A stretch of 64,000 bases of DNA from Candidatus Omnitrophota bacterium (GTDB taxonomy: Bacteria > Omnitrophota > Gorgyraeia > Zapsychrales > JANLHA01): contig JACKFI010000002.1 of NCBI GenBank assembly GCA_020632555.1, positions 66,621 to 130,620 of the forward strand. Reading direction: 5' to 3'. Position 1 is the first letter of the stretch; each line of letters opens with the position of its first letter. Positions 48,711 to 59,319 of the stretch are shown piece by piece. The translations under genes and the position numbers were made by a program. The notes under the pieces are model-generated. The model worked only from the letters and a program-made list of their open reading frames with translations. It was not told the DNA's origin and searched no databases.

Positions 48711-50267
48711 TTACCAATCTACGGGGAAATAATCTTTAAGGAATTTGCCGCACCAATGTTTGCCGGTTAAGATGCCGTGAAAAAACGGGTCACACACCCG
48801 CGCGGCTCCGTCGACAATATCCAAAGGCGGCTGAAAGTCGTGCATGTTTTGTTTGCGTTGCGACAGCACCAGCGGATCTTCATCAGTCACCCAACCGGTA
48901 TCCACTGCGTTCATAAAAATACCATATTTCGCCAAATCGCTGGCGGAGGTGTGCGTCAACATATTCAAGGCCGCCTTGGCCATATTGGTGTGCGGATGAC
49001 GATCGGTCTTGGTAAAACGATGAAACTTGCCTTCCATCGCCGAGACATTGACGATATGCTTTTGGCCGGTATTGTCCCGCTTCATCATCACGGATAATTT
49101 ATTGCACAAAACAAAAGGCGCGATCGCATTGACCAATTGCAACTCAATCATCTCGGCAGTGGGAATATCGCCCAAACGCAAACGCCAGCTGTTCATTTCC
49201 CGCAAATCGACTTGCTGCAAATCGGCATCCAATTGACCTTGGGGAAAAATTGTTTCTGCTGACAAAGCCGTATCGTGTGTGTAGGGAATTTGTGATAATT
49301 TGGCCGACGAGCTCAACCCAATCCCAATCATTTCACCATTCCAACCCAGAGCCGGCATCGTTTCATCAGCCCGCGAATCCGAAGCATTGGGCAATAACTT
49401 GGTTTTGCATTCTTCAAAAGGCCGCAATAGCGCCTGCACAGACGCCGACAATTCAGAGAACTTTAACATTTCATTGGTTAGCAAATGACTATAAAACCCC
49501 GGCGGGCGCCGAACCGTTTGCGCGGCATTATTAATCAACAGATCCAAACGATCATATTTTTGTTCAACGTAGCGGCAAAAAAGCTCGACGCTGGGCGTAT
49601 GCCGCAAGTCCAAACCATAAATATGCAAACGATCTTTCCAATCAGAAAAATCTTTTTCGCGCTCATACCTCAAGGCGCTGTCAACGGGGAATCTCGTCGT
49701 TGCAATCACGGTGGCCCCGGCGCGCAACATCATCAAGGCGGATTGATAACCGATCTTTAAGCGCGATCCGGTAATCAAAGCCACTTGTCCTTTTAAAGAC
49801 GCGGTTTGAAAACGCTTGGCATAATTAAGCTCCGCGCACGCTGGGCACATCGCATCATAAAAGAAATGCAGGCGGGTAAATTCCGCTTTACAAACATAAC
49901 AAGCCCGCGGATTGACCAAGGTCATCTCTTGCGAAGCTTCCTCGGCGGCGACGTGAGTGATTTGCAAAGGGGCAACAAAAACCGCATCCTTGCGCGCACT
50001 GCGTATGCCGGTTAAAGCGCGAGCATTGCGCTCATGATCGTCAATCTTTTGCCGTTTTAACCGATCGCGATCACGATGACGTTTGCGCAATTCGTATTTA
50101 TCCGGCCGGGAAATCTCACCCGCCGCCCGCAACAGGGCAACTTTCTGTTGGCTGGACAAATGCGCCAACTCAACGCTATTTTCAGCCAGATAGCGCAAAG
50201 TCAAAATACAATTCTGGACATCTTCCGGAGAAACTTTAGGCAATGCTATCCGCTCTGTGTTGTGCAT
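48711..50267 (-). CDS. SDR-family oxidoreductase with N-terminal extension and Cys4 zinc-ribbon
   Basis: [30 protein letters not shown] (TGxxxxxG), LINNAAQ (NNAA), and upstream CYVCK...x17...CPAC. Confidence 0.7.
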   Translation of the reverse strand: MHNTERIALPKVSPEDVQNCILTLRYLAENSVELAHLSSQQKVALLRAAGEISRPDKYELRKRHRDRDRLKRQKIDDHERNARALTGIRSARKDAVFVAPLQITHVAAEEASQEMTLVNPRACYVCKAEFTRLHFFYDAMCPACAELNYAKRFQTASLKGQVALITGSRLKIGYQSALMMLRAGATVIATTRFPVDSALRYEREKDFSDWKDRLHIYGLDLRHTPSVELFCRYVEQKYDRLDLLINNAAQTVRRPPGFYSHLLTNEMLKFSELSASVQALLRPFEECKTKLLPNASDSRADETMPALGWNGEMIGIGLSSSAKLSQIPYTHDTALSAETIFPQGQLDADLQQVDLREMNSWRLRLGDIPTAEMIELQLVNAIAPFVLCNKLSVMMKRDNTGQKHIVNVSAMEGKFHRFTKTDRHPHTNMAKAALNMLTHTSASDLAKYGIFMNAVDTGWVTDEDPLVLSQRKQNMHDFQPPLDIVDGAARVCDPFFHGILTGKHWCGKFLKDYFPVDW

Positions 50268-50275
50268 ATCACCCT

Positions 50276-51649
50276 TCAGGTAAGAATCACTTTATCCGCG
50301 TCAAACTCATTGACTTTTTCTCGCAATAAAGCAAAAGGACCCGGATCGTTTTCTAATTCATCGGAAAACGTAACCCATCCCGACTGGGAACCACCGTGAA
50401 TTTCCGCAACTGGTTGGCGCTTATTATCGAACAATTTTTTAACCTCTACATCAATGGTCTGCTCGGGCAAACACATTTCATACTTCCCGCCGACTTTAAT
50501 CAAATTCCGTGCCAAAATCCTAGCTGACTTTTTAGAAACATCGTACTCGTCTACTAACCCAGTAAACCGATACGCACTGTATTGCGAGCAACTGCTATCG
50601 TATTCCTGACCGGCTTGACCGGGATTGCCGTGCAAAAATCCGCTGATAAACCCACGATTCGACGTCGCAAAAATATCGCGCAAATGCTGGGGATTAAATG
50701 GTCGGCCTGCCGCCAAATCATCAATCGCCCGACGATAAGCCCGGGTAATCATCGACAAATAATAAACCGATTTGGATCGCCCCTCGACTTTAAACGAACA
50801 GACCCCGGCATCGCGCAACTGCGCTAAAGAATCAATCGCGCACAAATCTTTGGAGTTCATCAAATAACTGCCGTTTTCATCTTCGTCTAATTCAAACAAT
50901 TCATCCGGCCGCTCGGACTCCTTAATATAATATTGCCCGTCGGGCGCGGTGTATTTTGTTTCCGGCGCTGCGTCGAGACTTTTAGCTTTTTCATCCTGAC
51001 AACACGCCGAAGGTTCTTCGCCTTTTTTATAAACTTTATACTCCCAGCGGCACGAATTGGTGCACGCACCTTGATTACCGTCGCGGCTGCTCAAATAATT
51101 GGAAATCAAACAGCGCCCTGAATACGCCATACAAATCGCGCCGTGCACAAAAGATTCCAATTCCATCTCTGGACAAGCCTCATGAATCTCCTGCATTTCT
51201 TTAATACTAATCTCGCGCGAGACAATAATCCGTTTAGCGCCATTTTTCTGCCAAAATTTGACTGCCGCATAATTGATGGTATTGGCTTGCACAGAAATAT
51301 GAATGGTCTCCTCAGGAAAGCTTTCCATCATCAACATAATCAGCCCCGGGTCAGACATAATCCACGCGTCCGGCCGACACAGCGCCAAAAGCTCAGCAAT
51401 GTATTTGGCAAACGACGGCAGTTTGTGATTATGAGGAAAAATATTAGCGGTTACGTAAGCTTTCTTACCTCGATCGTGGACATAGTTGACCGCTTGCGCG
51501 ACTTGCTCAAAACTTTTAAACCCATTCTCCCTGGAGCGCAATGAAAATCGGGGAATACCCAAATACACCGCGTCGGCGCCAAAAGCGCAAGCAAATTGCA
51601 CTTTTTGAAAATCCCCGCCGGGCATTAAAAGTTCTGGTTTAACCATCAA
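50276..51649 (-). CDS. yegQ: Peptidase U32 family protein, YegQ/TrhP-like (tRNA hydroxylation-associated)
   Basis: [28 protein letters not shown]...[10 protein letters not shown]...[16 protein letters not shown]...[19 protein letters not shown]...[13 protein letters not shown] is collinear with E. coli YegQ as I recall it. Confidence 0.8.
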   Translation of the reverse strand: MMVKPELLMPGGDFQKVQFACAFGADAVYLGIPRFSLRSRENGFKSFEQVAQAVNYVHDRGKKAYVTANIFPHNHKLPSFAKYIAELLALCRPDAWIMSDPGLIMLMMESFPEETIHISVQANTINYAAVKFWQKNGAKRIIVSREISIKEMQEIHEACPEMELESFVHGAICMAYSGRCLISNYLSSRDGNQGACTNSCRWEYKVYKKGEEPSACCQDEKAKSLDAAPETKYTAPDGQYYIKESERPDELFELDEDENGSYLMNSKDLCAIDSLAQLRDAGVCSFKVEGRSKSVYYLSMITRAYRRAIDDLAAGRPFNPQHLRDIFATSNRGFISGFLHGNPGQAGQEYDSSCSQYSAYRFTGLVDEYDVSKKSARILARNLIKVGGKYEMCLPEQTIDVEVKKLFDNKRQPVAEIHGGSQSGWVTFSDELENDPGPFALLREKVNEFDADKVILT

Positions 51650-52014
51650 GACATTCTCTTTTTATGTAAAAAATAAATGATAACAAATAATGCCTCTGCC
51701 GCGAATGCCCCCACGCCCAATGGTTCTAACCACGCATCTGGTTCCGGAGCAATCAAAGGCAAGCCGATGGTGCGGCTGGCCGCATAGGCCGCCAGTGATC
51801 CGACGGCAATAACCATTCCAAGGTTCCAGCCCCAATCTTTCTGCTGTAAAATACCCCAGGCGGCCAACAATGAGCCCAAAGCATTAGCATAAAAAAGCCA
51901 GCCTTTATAAGCCGCTTCTGTAAAACCATCAGGAGCTTCGATACCGTGAATCAAACCCGTGATACTCATCGCGCCAATAGCCAGCCACATTAAAAGCCGT
52001 GCCGTTCTCCTCAT
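51646..52014 (-). CDS. Small 4-TM membrane protein, function unknown
   Basis: 122 aa and hydrophobic. 4-nt overlap with the downstream U32 gene. Confidence 0.5.
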   Translation of the reverse strand: MRRTARLLMWLAIGAMSITGLIHGIEAPDGFTEAAYKGWLFYANALGSLLAAWGILQQKDWGWNLGMVIAVGSLAAYAASRTIGLPLIAPEPDAWLEPLGVGAFAAEALFVIIYFLHKKRMS

Positions 52015-52017
52015 GAT

Positions 52018-53124
52018 TTACTCCTTTTCTAAAAAGCGCACCATTGTTGGATTTGTCCGCACACTGCCATAATAAAAAATCGCGCACGTACCTTCGTACA
52101 CTTCACAACTCAAAAACTCTTTCTCAAAATCTTGCGGCGCATTCGCGAATTTATACGTTCCGACGCCAATCTTAACTTTGCTGAAATCTTTGACTTGATT
52201 TTTAATCGCCTGATTCCACTGCGCAAATTCCACCGGATCCGGCGAGTAATTCATGATCGTCACAAAATCAATGAGCCCGCTGTCAATCCACGCAGCCCAA
52301 CTTTGAAAAGCTTCCGCGTACGCCCGTGAATAAGGCATGCACCCGGTGGTCGAAATTTGAATATCCGGTCGTATTGCTCTCGCCTTTTTGATCAACATCG
52401 TCAGCAATTCAGTGACTTGCGTGCGCTGCCAATCTTTCCACTGAAAACTATTTTCATCAATTTCTTTAAGTCCCGACGCTGTTTTAAAACGTTGTCGGTT
52501 GACAGCGGTTTGCCCATAATGCGGCTGCCAATCGGGATAACGAATATAATCGAACTGAATGCCGTCAAGCTCTGGATAAGCCCCAACCAAATCTGCAACA
52601 ATCACAGCCAAATCGGCACGGACCCGAGGATCGCCCGGTTCTAGAAAATACTGGCTATCAATCTTATAATCTTCAATGACCTTCTTACGACCCAAGTTAC
52701 GCGTTAAAACATCTGCCCCATATTTTTGCAGAATAGGGGCATCTGTATTAATGCCTAAACTTAATAGATTCATCCACGCGTGCACCTGTATCCCTTGGGC
52801 GTGCGCTTTCGAAATCAACAAAGCCAATGAATCCTGACCAACACTCTTTAAATTCTGCTGATACGGTTGGCTATCCGCTACTTGCGACGGAAACCAGCTT
52901 TGATTGGATCGATATACCTGCACAAAAAGAGTATTGATGCGCGTTTTCTTGGCAAAATCAATCAAGGTGTCAATTTCCTGGCCACTGGACAAAACTTGCT
53001 GATCTTCAATCACCGACACAAACAACGCGCGTTTCGACCCATCTTCTGCCCAAGTCAAAGAACTCTGAGCAAAATACAAGCACATTAAAAACACAATACC
53101 CAGCTGATATTTTTTAACTCTCAT
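52018..53124 (-). CDS. Glycoside-hydrolase-like GHL10 (DUF187/YngK-like) protein
   Basis: Signal peptide; LFVQVYRSNQSWFPS; HAWMNLL; DGIQFDYIRYPD. Confidence 0.7.
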   Translation of the reverse strand: MRVKKYQLGIVFLMCLYFAQSSLTWAEDGSKRALFVSVIEDQQVLSSGQEIDTLIDFAKKTRINTLFVQVYRSNQSWFPSQVADSQPYQQNLKSVGQDSLALLISKAHAQGIQVHAWMNLLSLGINTDAPILQKYGADVLTRNLGRKKVIEDYKIDSQYFLEPGDPRVRADLAVIVADLVGAYPELDGIQFDYIRYPDWQPHYGQTAVNRQRFKTASGLKEIDENSFQWKDWQRTQVTELLTMLIKKARAIRPDIQISTTGCMPYSRAYAEAFQSWAAWIDSGLIDFVTIMNYSPDPVEFAQWNQAIKNQVKDFSKVKIGVGTYKFANAPQDFEKEFLSCEVYEGTCAIFYYGSVRTNPTMVRFLEKE

Positions 53125-54737
53125 GGCACAAACGGTGAATCCGCAAGCTTAATCTCAGGATGGTTCCCGACATAATAGCGAAAATACCATTCCGTGGTAA
53201 AAAGCACAACGCGCCGACCTTGATCATCCGCCGCCACTGACGAACCTTGCGGCAAGGTTGCCAATAAATCTTCATTGCTCAAAGACGACTGCACCCAACG
53301 CAGAATTTTCCACGGCATCGTATCCAAATCAGTCGGCGATCCATATTCATCTTTCAAACGATACTGCAAAACCTCAAATTGCAAAGGTCCCACCGCCCCT
53401 AAGAGGGGGGTGTTCTGACGAGAGTTGTGCAATGAGAACGACTGCACAATATCCTCCGCCAAAAGATGGTCCAATCCTTTGCGAAACGATTTGGCTGTCG
53501 CCGATGAAGAATTTTGCAAATACGCGAAACATTCGGGCGCAAAACGCGGAATTTCAGAATATGTCAATTTGGCGTCAGTGCTGATCGTATCGCCAATACG
53601 AAAATCCAATTTTGTAACAAAACCAACAATGTCGCCGGGATACGCTTGATTCATAATTTCCCGATCGCGTCCAAAAAGATTAAACGAATCCGACAAACGA
53701 ATCTGACGCTGGCTGCGGGCGTGATACACGCTCATGTCCCGATAAAACTGACCAGAACAAACGCGGGCAAAAACCACGCGATCTCGATGCAAGGGATTCA
53801 TATTGGTTTGCACTTTGAAAATGAACGCCGAAAAATGCTGATAATCCAAAGGCACCACACCCACAGTCGATTTGCGCGGCGACGGCGGGACAGAGTATTC
53901 CAGAAATCCTTTGAGCAAAAGCTCGACCCCAAAATTATTGGACGCGCTGCCGAAAAAAACCGGCGTTGTTGTTCCAGCCAAAACAGCCGCGGCATCAAAT
54001 CCACCGTGCGCGCCTTCTAGCATCGCCAATTCTTCAATAACCTCGTCATACACTGGCTCATCGAGAATATCTTTAACCAAAGGATCATTCAAGTCGTGAA
54101 TGGATACCGGCGCGCGATACGCCCCCCCGGGAACCCGCTCAAACAAATGCACCGCTTTTTTCAACCGGTCATAGATGCCTTTGAATTGTTGACCATTGCC
54201 CAGCGGCCAATTGATCGGAAACGCGTGCAAATTCAAGACCTTCTCCAACTCATCAATCAGCTCCAAAGGCGACTTAGACGGACGATCCATTTTGTTCATA
54301 AACGTAAAAATCGGTATCGCCCGTTTACGGCAAATCTCAAACAATTTCTGCGTCTGGCTTTGAATCCCTTTGCCGGCATCAATAACCATAACAACCGCGT
54401 CAACGGCCATCAAAACACGATACGTATCCTCGGAAAAATCTTTGTGTCCCGGAGTGTCCAATAAATTCAAGCGATAATTTTCATAATCAAACTGTAAAAC
54501 CGTCGAGGAAATCGAAATCCCACGCTTTTTTTCCAGCTCCATCCAGTCGGACGCTGTTTCACGCTGTTTCTTTTTGGCAGTCACTGAACCAGCCAAATCC
54601 AAAGCGCCGCCGTACAATAGCAATTTCTCGGTTAAAGTTGTTTTACCGGCATCAGGATGTGAAATAATCGCAAACGTGCGCCGGCGGGCTATTTCTTTTT
54701 GCAATTCGTCATTCATAATTTCTACATTTCTCTCCAA
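53121..54737 (-). CDS. prfC: Peptide chain release factor 3
   Basis: RRRTFAIISHPDAGKTTLTEKLLLYGGA...DWMELEKKRGISISS...LNLLDTPGHKDFSEDTYR. The ATG at 54716 (MNDELQ...) is the more likely start and removes the overlap with the upstream gene. Confidence 0.92.
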   Translation of the reverse strand: MERNVEIMNDELQKEIARRRTFAIISHPDAGKTTLTEKLLLYGGALDLAGSVTAKKKQRETASDWMELEKKRGISISSTVLQFDYENYRLNLLDTPGHKDFSEDTYRVLMAVDAVVMVIDAGKGIQSQTQKLFEICRKRAIPIFTFMNKMDRPSKSPLELIDELEKVLNLHAFPINWPLGNGQQFKGIYDRLKKAVHLFERVPGGAYRAPVSIHDLNDPLVKDILDEPVYDEVIEELAMLEGAHGGFDAAAVLAGTTTPVFFGSASNNFGVELLLKGFLEYSVPPSPRKSTVGVVPLDYQHFSAFIFKVQTNMNPLHRDRVVFARVCSGQFYRDMSVYHARSQRQIRLSDSFNLFGRDREIMNQAYPGDIVGFVTKLDFRIGDTISTDAKLTYSEIPRFAPECFAYLQNSSSATAKSFRKGLDHLLAEDIVQSFSLHNSRQNTPLLGAVGPLQFEVLQYRLKDEYGSPTDLDTMPWKILRWVQSSLSNEDLLATLPQGSSVAADDQGRRVVLFTTEWYFRYYVGNHPEIKLADSPFVP

Positions 54738-54940
54738 GTGACCACATACAATTTTTCAACCGCTTTGCGCGCCCACGGAGTCCGGCGCAAAAAATGCAAA
54801 CTTGATTTGATGCTGGGTTCATGATTAAAACAGCGAATGTCTACGGCGCGGCCCATTTCTGACCAACCGCAATGTTGCACCAAAAATTCTAAAATCATCA
54901 GCAAAGTCACGCCGTGCAATGGATCTTTATTTTTTTCCAT
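54722..54940 (-). CDS. VF530/DUF2132 family protein
   Basis: DPLHGVTLLMILEFLVQHCGWSEMG...IRCFNHEPSIKSSLHFLRRTPWARKAVEKLY matches the DUF2132 pattern. Confidence 0.75.
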   Translation of the reverse strand: MEKNKDPLHGVTLLMILEFLVQHCGWSEMGRAVDIRCFNHEPSIKSSLHFLRRTPWARKAVEKLYVVTWREM

Positions 54941-54963
54941 GGGAAAAATGTTATTGTTTAATC

Positions 54964-55977
54964 TTAGCGGTGTTGCTCTGCGTAGCAGATGATTTTATTC
55001 ATCATATCGACGCACTCAACCGGATACGCGCCGACAGCCGTCTCGCCAGAGAGCATCACATAATTGGTGCCGTCTAGAATCGCATTGGCGACATCTGACA
55101 CTTCAGCGCGGGTTGGCCGCAAATTCTCGGTCATGCTTTCTAACATTTGTGTGGCCGTCATCACAATTTTCCAAGAACGATTGCATTGGCGAATAATTTG
55201 TTTTTGAATAATGGGGACCTCATACAAAGGAACAGAAACACCCAAATCCCCTCGCGCGATCAGAATTCCGGCGCAAGCATCCATAATGGAGGTCAGATTG
55301 CGAACACCTTCACGATCTTCAACTTTCGCAATCAATAAAGGTTGATGACCATTCTTGGGGATATGCTTTTTTAAATTGGCAATATCTTTCTTGCTACGCA
55401 CAAACGATTGCGCCACAAAATCAATTTTATTCTTCAAGCTAAACTTCAAATTGATCAAATCTTTGTCCGCAAAACCCTTAAATTGCAAATGCACATCTGG
55501 AATATTAATCCCCTTGCCCTGTTTAACCACGCCGCCAACAAAAACCTTGGCGCGTAAAGTATTTTTGCTATGCCCCTGAACAATCAAGGCAATATTGCCA
55601 TCATCAATAAAGATATAACTTCCCTTTTTAATCTGCCCCAACGGGCCATCATAATCAAAAGGCAAAATGCTGCTCTGACCAACAACATTTTTATTGGTCA
55701 ACAAAACTTCTTGTCCTTTTTTGATCATAATCCCTTGCGGATCTTTGAGCTGACCAATACGCACACGATAACCTTCCAAATCGCCTAAGATCTTAATATC
55801 CCGACGATATTTTTGATTAAGCTCCCGGATAATGTCAATCTTTTCTTGATGTTCAGCTAATGTGCCATGCGAAAAGTTTAACCGCACCACATCCATGCCG
55901 GCACGCATCATTTTTAATAAAACAGACCGCCCGGCTGAGGCTGGTCCTAGGGTACACACGATTTTGGTTTTGGGCAT
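54964..55977 (-). CDS. pyk: Pyruvate kinase, short form (337 aa; no C-terminal regulatory domain)
   Basis: [14 protein letters not shown]...[11 protein letters not shown]...IAKVEDREG...[10 protein letters not shown]...[12 protein letters not shown]. The ORF ends shortly after the A-domain. Confidence 0.85.
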   Translation of the reverse strand: MPKTKIVCTLGPASAGRSVLLKMMRAGMDVVRLNFSHGTLAEHQEKIDIIRELNQKYRRDIKILGDLEGYRVRIGQLKDPQGIMIKKGQEVLLTNKNVVGQSSILPFDYDGPLGQIKKGSYIFIDDGNIALIVQGHSKNTLRAKVFVGGVVKQGKGINIPDVHLQFKGFADKDLINLKFSLKNKIDFVAQSFVRSKKDIANLKKHIPKNGHQPLLIAKVEDREGVRNLTSIMDACAGILIARGDLGVSVPLYEVPIIQKQIIRQCNRSWKIVMTATQMLESMTENLRPTRAEVSDVANAILDGTNYVMLSGETAVGAYPVECVDMMNKIICYAEQHR

Positions 55978-56108
55978 AAACAGCTCTTGTCTAATATAGT
56001 CTTTGGGAACATTCGGTCATGCGATGATTGTGCAATTGTACCACTATCACTGATTTTGTCCACTTTACAAAATCGAGGCTATAAAACCTACGAAAAAGTA
56101 GCCAGCCG

Positions 56109-58040
56109 CTATTTCTTTAAAAAAAGCGGACCAATAACAATGCTGGATTGCTCTTGCAAACGCGGCTGAACTTTTAAAAGCATTGGCAAAGGTTTATCTG
56201 AATTTTGCGGGTCGACCTTGACCCAAAACAATTGATAGGATTGACCATAGGTTTGCTCCATCGTGCTCGAATTGGATCCAAACTGCAAAATAAAGTCGGA
56301 CTGCCCTTTGATAAAGAAAATCAAATCCCCACCATTAAACGCATCCAAATCTTGTGAAAACTCTTGCCAATTTTTTCCTGCAACAAGATGAACAGCACTC
56401 TGAGCAAGCCCGTAATGTTCTTTCAAGAACTTCAAATCAACCGATTGACGCGTGACAATATCATAAAAGGACTTCGCTTTGAGCAGTTCATTCTGATCAA
56501 AGAATGTCCCCCCAAGCGGTATATTTTCCAAAGAGGTAATCACTTGCTGCTGCTGAAGTTGTGGCAAGAACATGGTTAGAAGATAGGCGGTATATACCGA
56601 CCATTCTGCGTCAAAACCAAAGCGACCATCAACGGGATTATCATTGCCGACAGGTGACGAGACATAAACCGGCTGACGCTTTTTTTGCGCGAGAACCTTT
56701 TTAAATTCCTGAATATTGGCAAAAAGCTTTTTGCGCTCCACTGTCTCCAGCTGATGAAATTGCAAAGCACTGTCGATGCTGTGCGGCGCATGCGAAACAT
56801 TGCTAGCGCTGATCACAACCACCGCAATCATAATCAAAGCCAGCACCCGCCAATTGTCCTGATAAGCAAAAAGCCAAAACATTAAAACTAAAATCAATAA
56901 AACACTTTCAACATAAACGTAATAATAAGGAAAATACAACATACTGGGAAACACCGTATCCGTCGGCATCAAATACGGGTGAACTCTCATATGCGGCAAC
57001 AATAAAGCTTTGCTCAAAATCACCAACAGAATCGTCAAGGCAAACAATTTATTCTTGGCCGCGGGTTTGCCTCGAAACACCAAAATCAAAAGGCCAAGAC
57101 AAGCGATTAAAGCCATACTGCCCAGCAGAGTCAAATCCCAATGGCCAAAATTGCGCTGAACAAAAAAACCAAACGAACGAACAAGATCTTTAATCGTCGA
57201 TAAATTAGAAAAATATTGCGCATAATGGTGCCAATAAGCCTGATGCCAATGATTGTTCCCATCAAATTGCCGTGAATAAAAATAAAAAATCGTGCCCAAT
57301 GTCAAAAGAATCCCTAATGTCGCTAAAGTGTATTTACGCAATCTCTGGCTGAACACAATTTCTCGTCCTTGATAAAACCACAAATACAGAATATAAATGG
57401 GAAATAAGAACACAGCCGATTCATCCGTAAAGAATCCACACAATAAAATCAGACAAAACAAAATCAAAACAGACAGTTTAACCTGATCAAAACGATTCTT
57501 ACTGGCCGCCAAAATATTAAAGCCAGACAAGAAAAATGTGATGACCAAAATTTTGGCAATGCGAAATGGAAACAACATCGTCGCTAATGACGCCCCCGCG
57601 TTGAGCATCAACATCGCGGCAATACTCGCTAACAAGAAATTACCCGACAGCCTCCAAACCAAAAGCCCCAGCAAAAACACGTTTAACAAATGCAAAAAAA
57701 TTAAGAAATAATCCCGTAAAAAATCTGCGCCCCACATTTGTCCGATCTTAAACGTCATCATTTCGCATAAATTTGAAACTTGCCGCGGACGAAAAGCTCC
57801 TACGGTGTAACGGCTGACCAATGGTTTTTTAAAATCTGCTGCGGTAAACCCTGTGTGCAGAGTCAATTTTTCGACATCATCCATACACCAGAAAAACCGA
57901 TACGACGATATTTCATCCTGCAGCCAAGAAATCGGCCGCGTATTGGCATAGGCGAAAAGGATAATATTAATTAAAATAAACAGAAAAACACCAAGGAAGG
58001 TTTTGTTACTAAAAGCAGCCTTTAAATTCGCAGAGAACAT
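56109..58040 (-). CDS. Polytopic membrane protein with C-terminal soluble domain; possibly GT-C-fold glycosyltransferase-like
   Basis: About 12 TM segments in the first ~430 aa, an acidic first loop (WCMDDVEK), and a soluble ~200-aa C-terminus. The family assignment is a guess. Confidence 0.5.
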   Translation of the reverse strand: MFSANLKAAFSNKTFLGVFLFILINIILFAYANTRPISWLQDEISSYRFFWCMDDVEKLTLHTGFTAADFKKPLVSRYTVGAFRPRQVSNLCEMMTFKIGQMWGADFLRDYFLIFLHLLNVFLLGLLVWRLSGNFLLASIAAMLMLNAGASLATMLFPFRIAKILVITFFLSGFNILAASKNRFDQVKLSVLILFCLILLCGFFTDESAVFLFPIYILYLWFYQGREIVFSQRLRKYTLATLGILLTLGTIFYFYSRQFDGNNHWHQAYWHHYAQYFSNLSTIKDLVRSFGFFVQRNFGHWDLTLLGSMALIACLGLLILVFRGKPAAKNKLFALTILLVILSKALLLPHMRVHPYLMPTDTVFPSMLYFPYYYVYVESVLLILVLMFWLFAYQDNWRVLALIMIAVVVISASNVSHAPHSIDSALQFHQLETVERKKLFANIQEFKKVLAQKKRQPVYVSSPVGNDNPVDGRFGFDAEWSVYTAYLLTMFLPQLQQQQVITSLENIPLGGTFFDQNELLKAKSFYDIVTRQSVDLKFLKEHYGLAQSAVHLVAGKNWQEFSQDLDAFNGGDLIFFIKGQSDFILQFGSNSSTMEQTYGQSYQLFWVKVDPQNSDKPLPMLLKVQPRLQEQSSIVIGPLFLKK

Positions 58041-58077
58041 AGGACAAATTTCTAATTACTTCTTTATTACCAGAATT

Positions 58078-58938
58078 TTATTCAATCCGACCATTGATGC
58101 GCAGGCAATCCAGTGCCAGTTTTTGAGCGATGATATTTTGAACATCTTGATTGTCAAAATACCGCGTGTGAGAAACGCCAAATCCGCCGGTATTGACTTC
58201 TTGGTCAACATGCACCACCGCGTCATATGCTTCATTAAGGTTTTTTAACGGATAGGCAATCGGATCGTCGAGATCAAAAATATTGATCCATTGGCCGTGT
58301 TTGTATTCTAACGGAACGGGACTTTTAAAAAGCTCGACCCCATATTGCAAAGCAAACAGGGCCATCGGCGAGCCTAATGTAAAGAAATTGCTAAAAAGAA
58401 ACCATTTATGAAATATATGGTGAGCTTTAAGCTGATCATAAACAAAATCGGAAGCGATGACCGTCCCCAAACTGTGCGCGATAATCGACATGTATTGTTT
58501 CTCGCCGGGCATCGCGCTGGAATCTTCCATCGAACTGAGCACCTTCTTAATTCGCTCTTGAATTTTAGGATACGCCTCGCTATTTTTATAGCCAATAATA
58601 TCGCTGATGGATTCGGCGGCGAAATCGGTGCGCAAACGAAAAATAGGACGGGTCACAAACGAAAACATCTTGGACGCAAACGCGCGAAAACCTTTGGGCC
58701 GATGCTCGACAAAACCTTTCTTTAAAAGCGCAGCCAATTTATCCTGATTGACTGCCAAAACATCATCCCAAATAATTTCGCGAATCACAATATTATAGCT
58801 CTGGTTTTCTGTCGTTCTTAATCTTTCCTGCAAAGCGAGATTAAACTTTTCGGTCAAACCTTTAATCAGCTTCTGGGCATACCCCGGCGACGGCTTGCCT
58901 ATCCCGTGGACAATAATGACATTGATTTTCTTTCTCAT
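58078..58938 (-). CDS. Alpha/beta-hydrolase-like protein (putative lipase/esterase)
   Basis: VIIVHGIG near the N-terminus and a nucleophile-elbow-like IIAHSLGTV; FTLGSPMAL; later DLDDPIAYP. Confidence 0.55.
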   Translation of the reverse strand: MRKKINVIIVHGIGKPSPGYAQKLIKGLTEKFNLALQERLRTTENQSYNIVIREIIWDDVLAVNQDKLAALLKKGFVEHRPKGFRAFASKMFSFVTRPIFRLRTDFAAESISDIIGYKNSEAYPKIQERIKKVLSSMEDSSAMPGEKQYMSIIAHSLGTVIASDFVYDQLKAHHIFHKWFLFSNFFTLGSPMALFALQYGVELFKSPVPLEYKHGQWINIFDLDDPIAYPLKNLNEAYDAVVHVDQEVNTGGFGVSHTRYFDNQDVQNIIAQKLALDCLRINGRIE

Positions 58939-58951
58939 AATGGTAAAAACT

Positions 58952-59002
58952 CCTCAAAAATAAGCAGGGACAGACCTTAAGAAAAACTCCAGCCTGTCCC
59001 TG
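58952..59002 (-). terminator. Possible terminator/attenuator hairpin between the small ORF and the hydrolase gene
   Basis: cagggacag (58965-58973) / ctgtccctg (58994-59002): a 9-bp perfect stem with a 20-nt loop. On the minus strand it is followed by CTTATTTTTGAGGAG. The loop is large for an intrinsic terminator. Confidence 0.3.
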
Positions 59003-59009
59003 TTCTAAT

Positions 59010-59075
59010 TTACTTTTTCTTATCTTTTTTTTGCTTACCGCTTTTGCCCTTGTTCTTTGGGTTGGTATCGCCCAT
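59010..59075 (-). CDS. Candidate 21-aa lysine-rich peptide (MGDTNPKNKGKSGKQKKDKKK)
   Basis: The ATG is preceded by TAGGAG at ~7 nt, and the hairpin above follows the ORF. It is too short for any compositional support. Confidence 0.3.
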   Translation of the reverse strand: MGDTNPKNKGKSGKQKKDKKK

Positions 59076-59246
59076 TTTGAAACTCCTATGTTAGAAATAG
59101 TTGCAAGAAAGCCCAATCGCCTTCTCATCGTTTGCTATTGTACCACCAGCTGGAAATAAGCAATGCCGTTTCTTTAAAAAAACAGATCAATCCCAACTTT
59201 TCTACCCGCTTTTGTAAGTTTTTTTAATTATTTTCGACGGACCCCC

Positions 59247-59275
59247 TTGCCACGCAGTGTTCTATGTGATATATA
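59247..59275 (+). promoter_or_regulatory. Sigma70-like promoter for the GntR-ABC operon
   Basis: TTGCCA (59247-59252), 17-nt spacer, TATATA (59270-59275), about 45 nt upstream of the ATG at 59320. Confidence 0.4.
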
Positions 59276-59319
59276 ACAGTCATGGGGTATCGATCGTCAG
59301 CCAAGAAAGGGTCACACAC

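Noticed and set aside
53258-54464. Plus-strand ORFs up to 168 aa antisense to prfC
   Set aside because: prfC is unambiguous. The antisense ORFs have no motifs and no RBS.
58862-59128. 88-aa minus-strand ORF spanning the hydrolase start region
   Set aside because: It overlaps the 5' end of the hydrolase gene out of frame, reads through the hairpin, and has no RBS or recognisable motif. The 21-aa micro-ORF in the same region is a better, though still weak, candidate.
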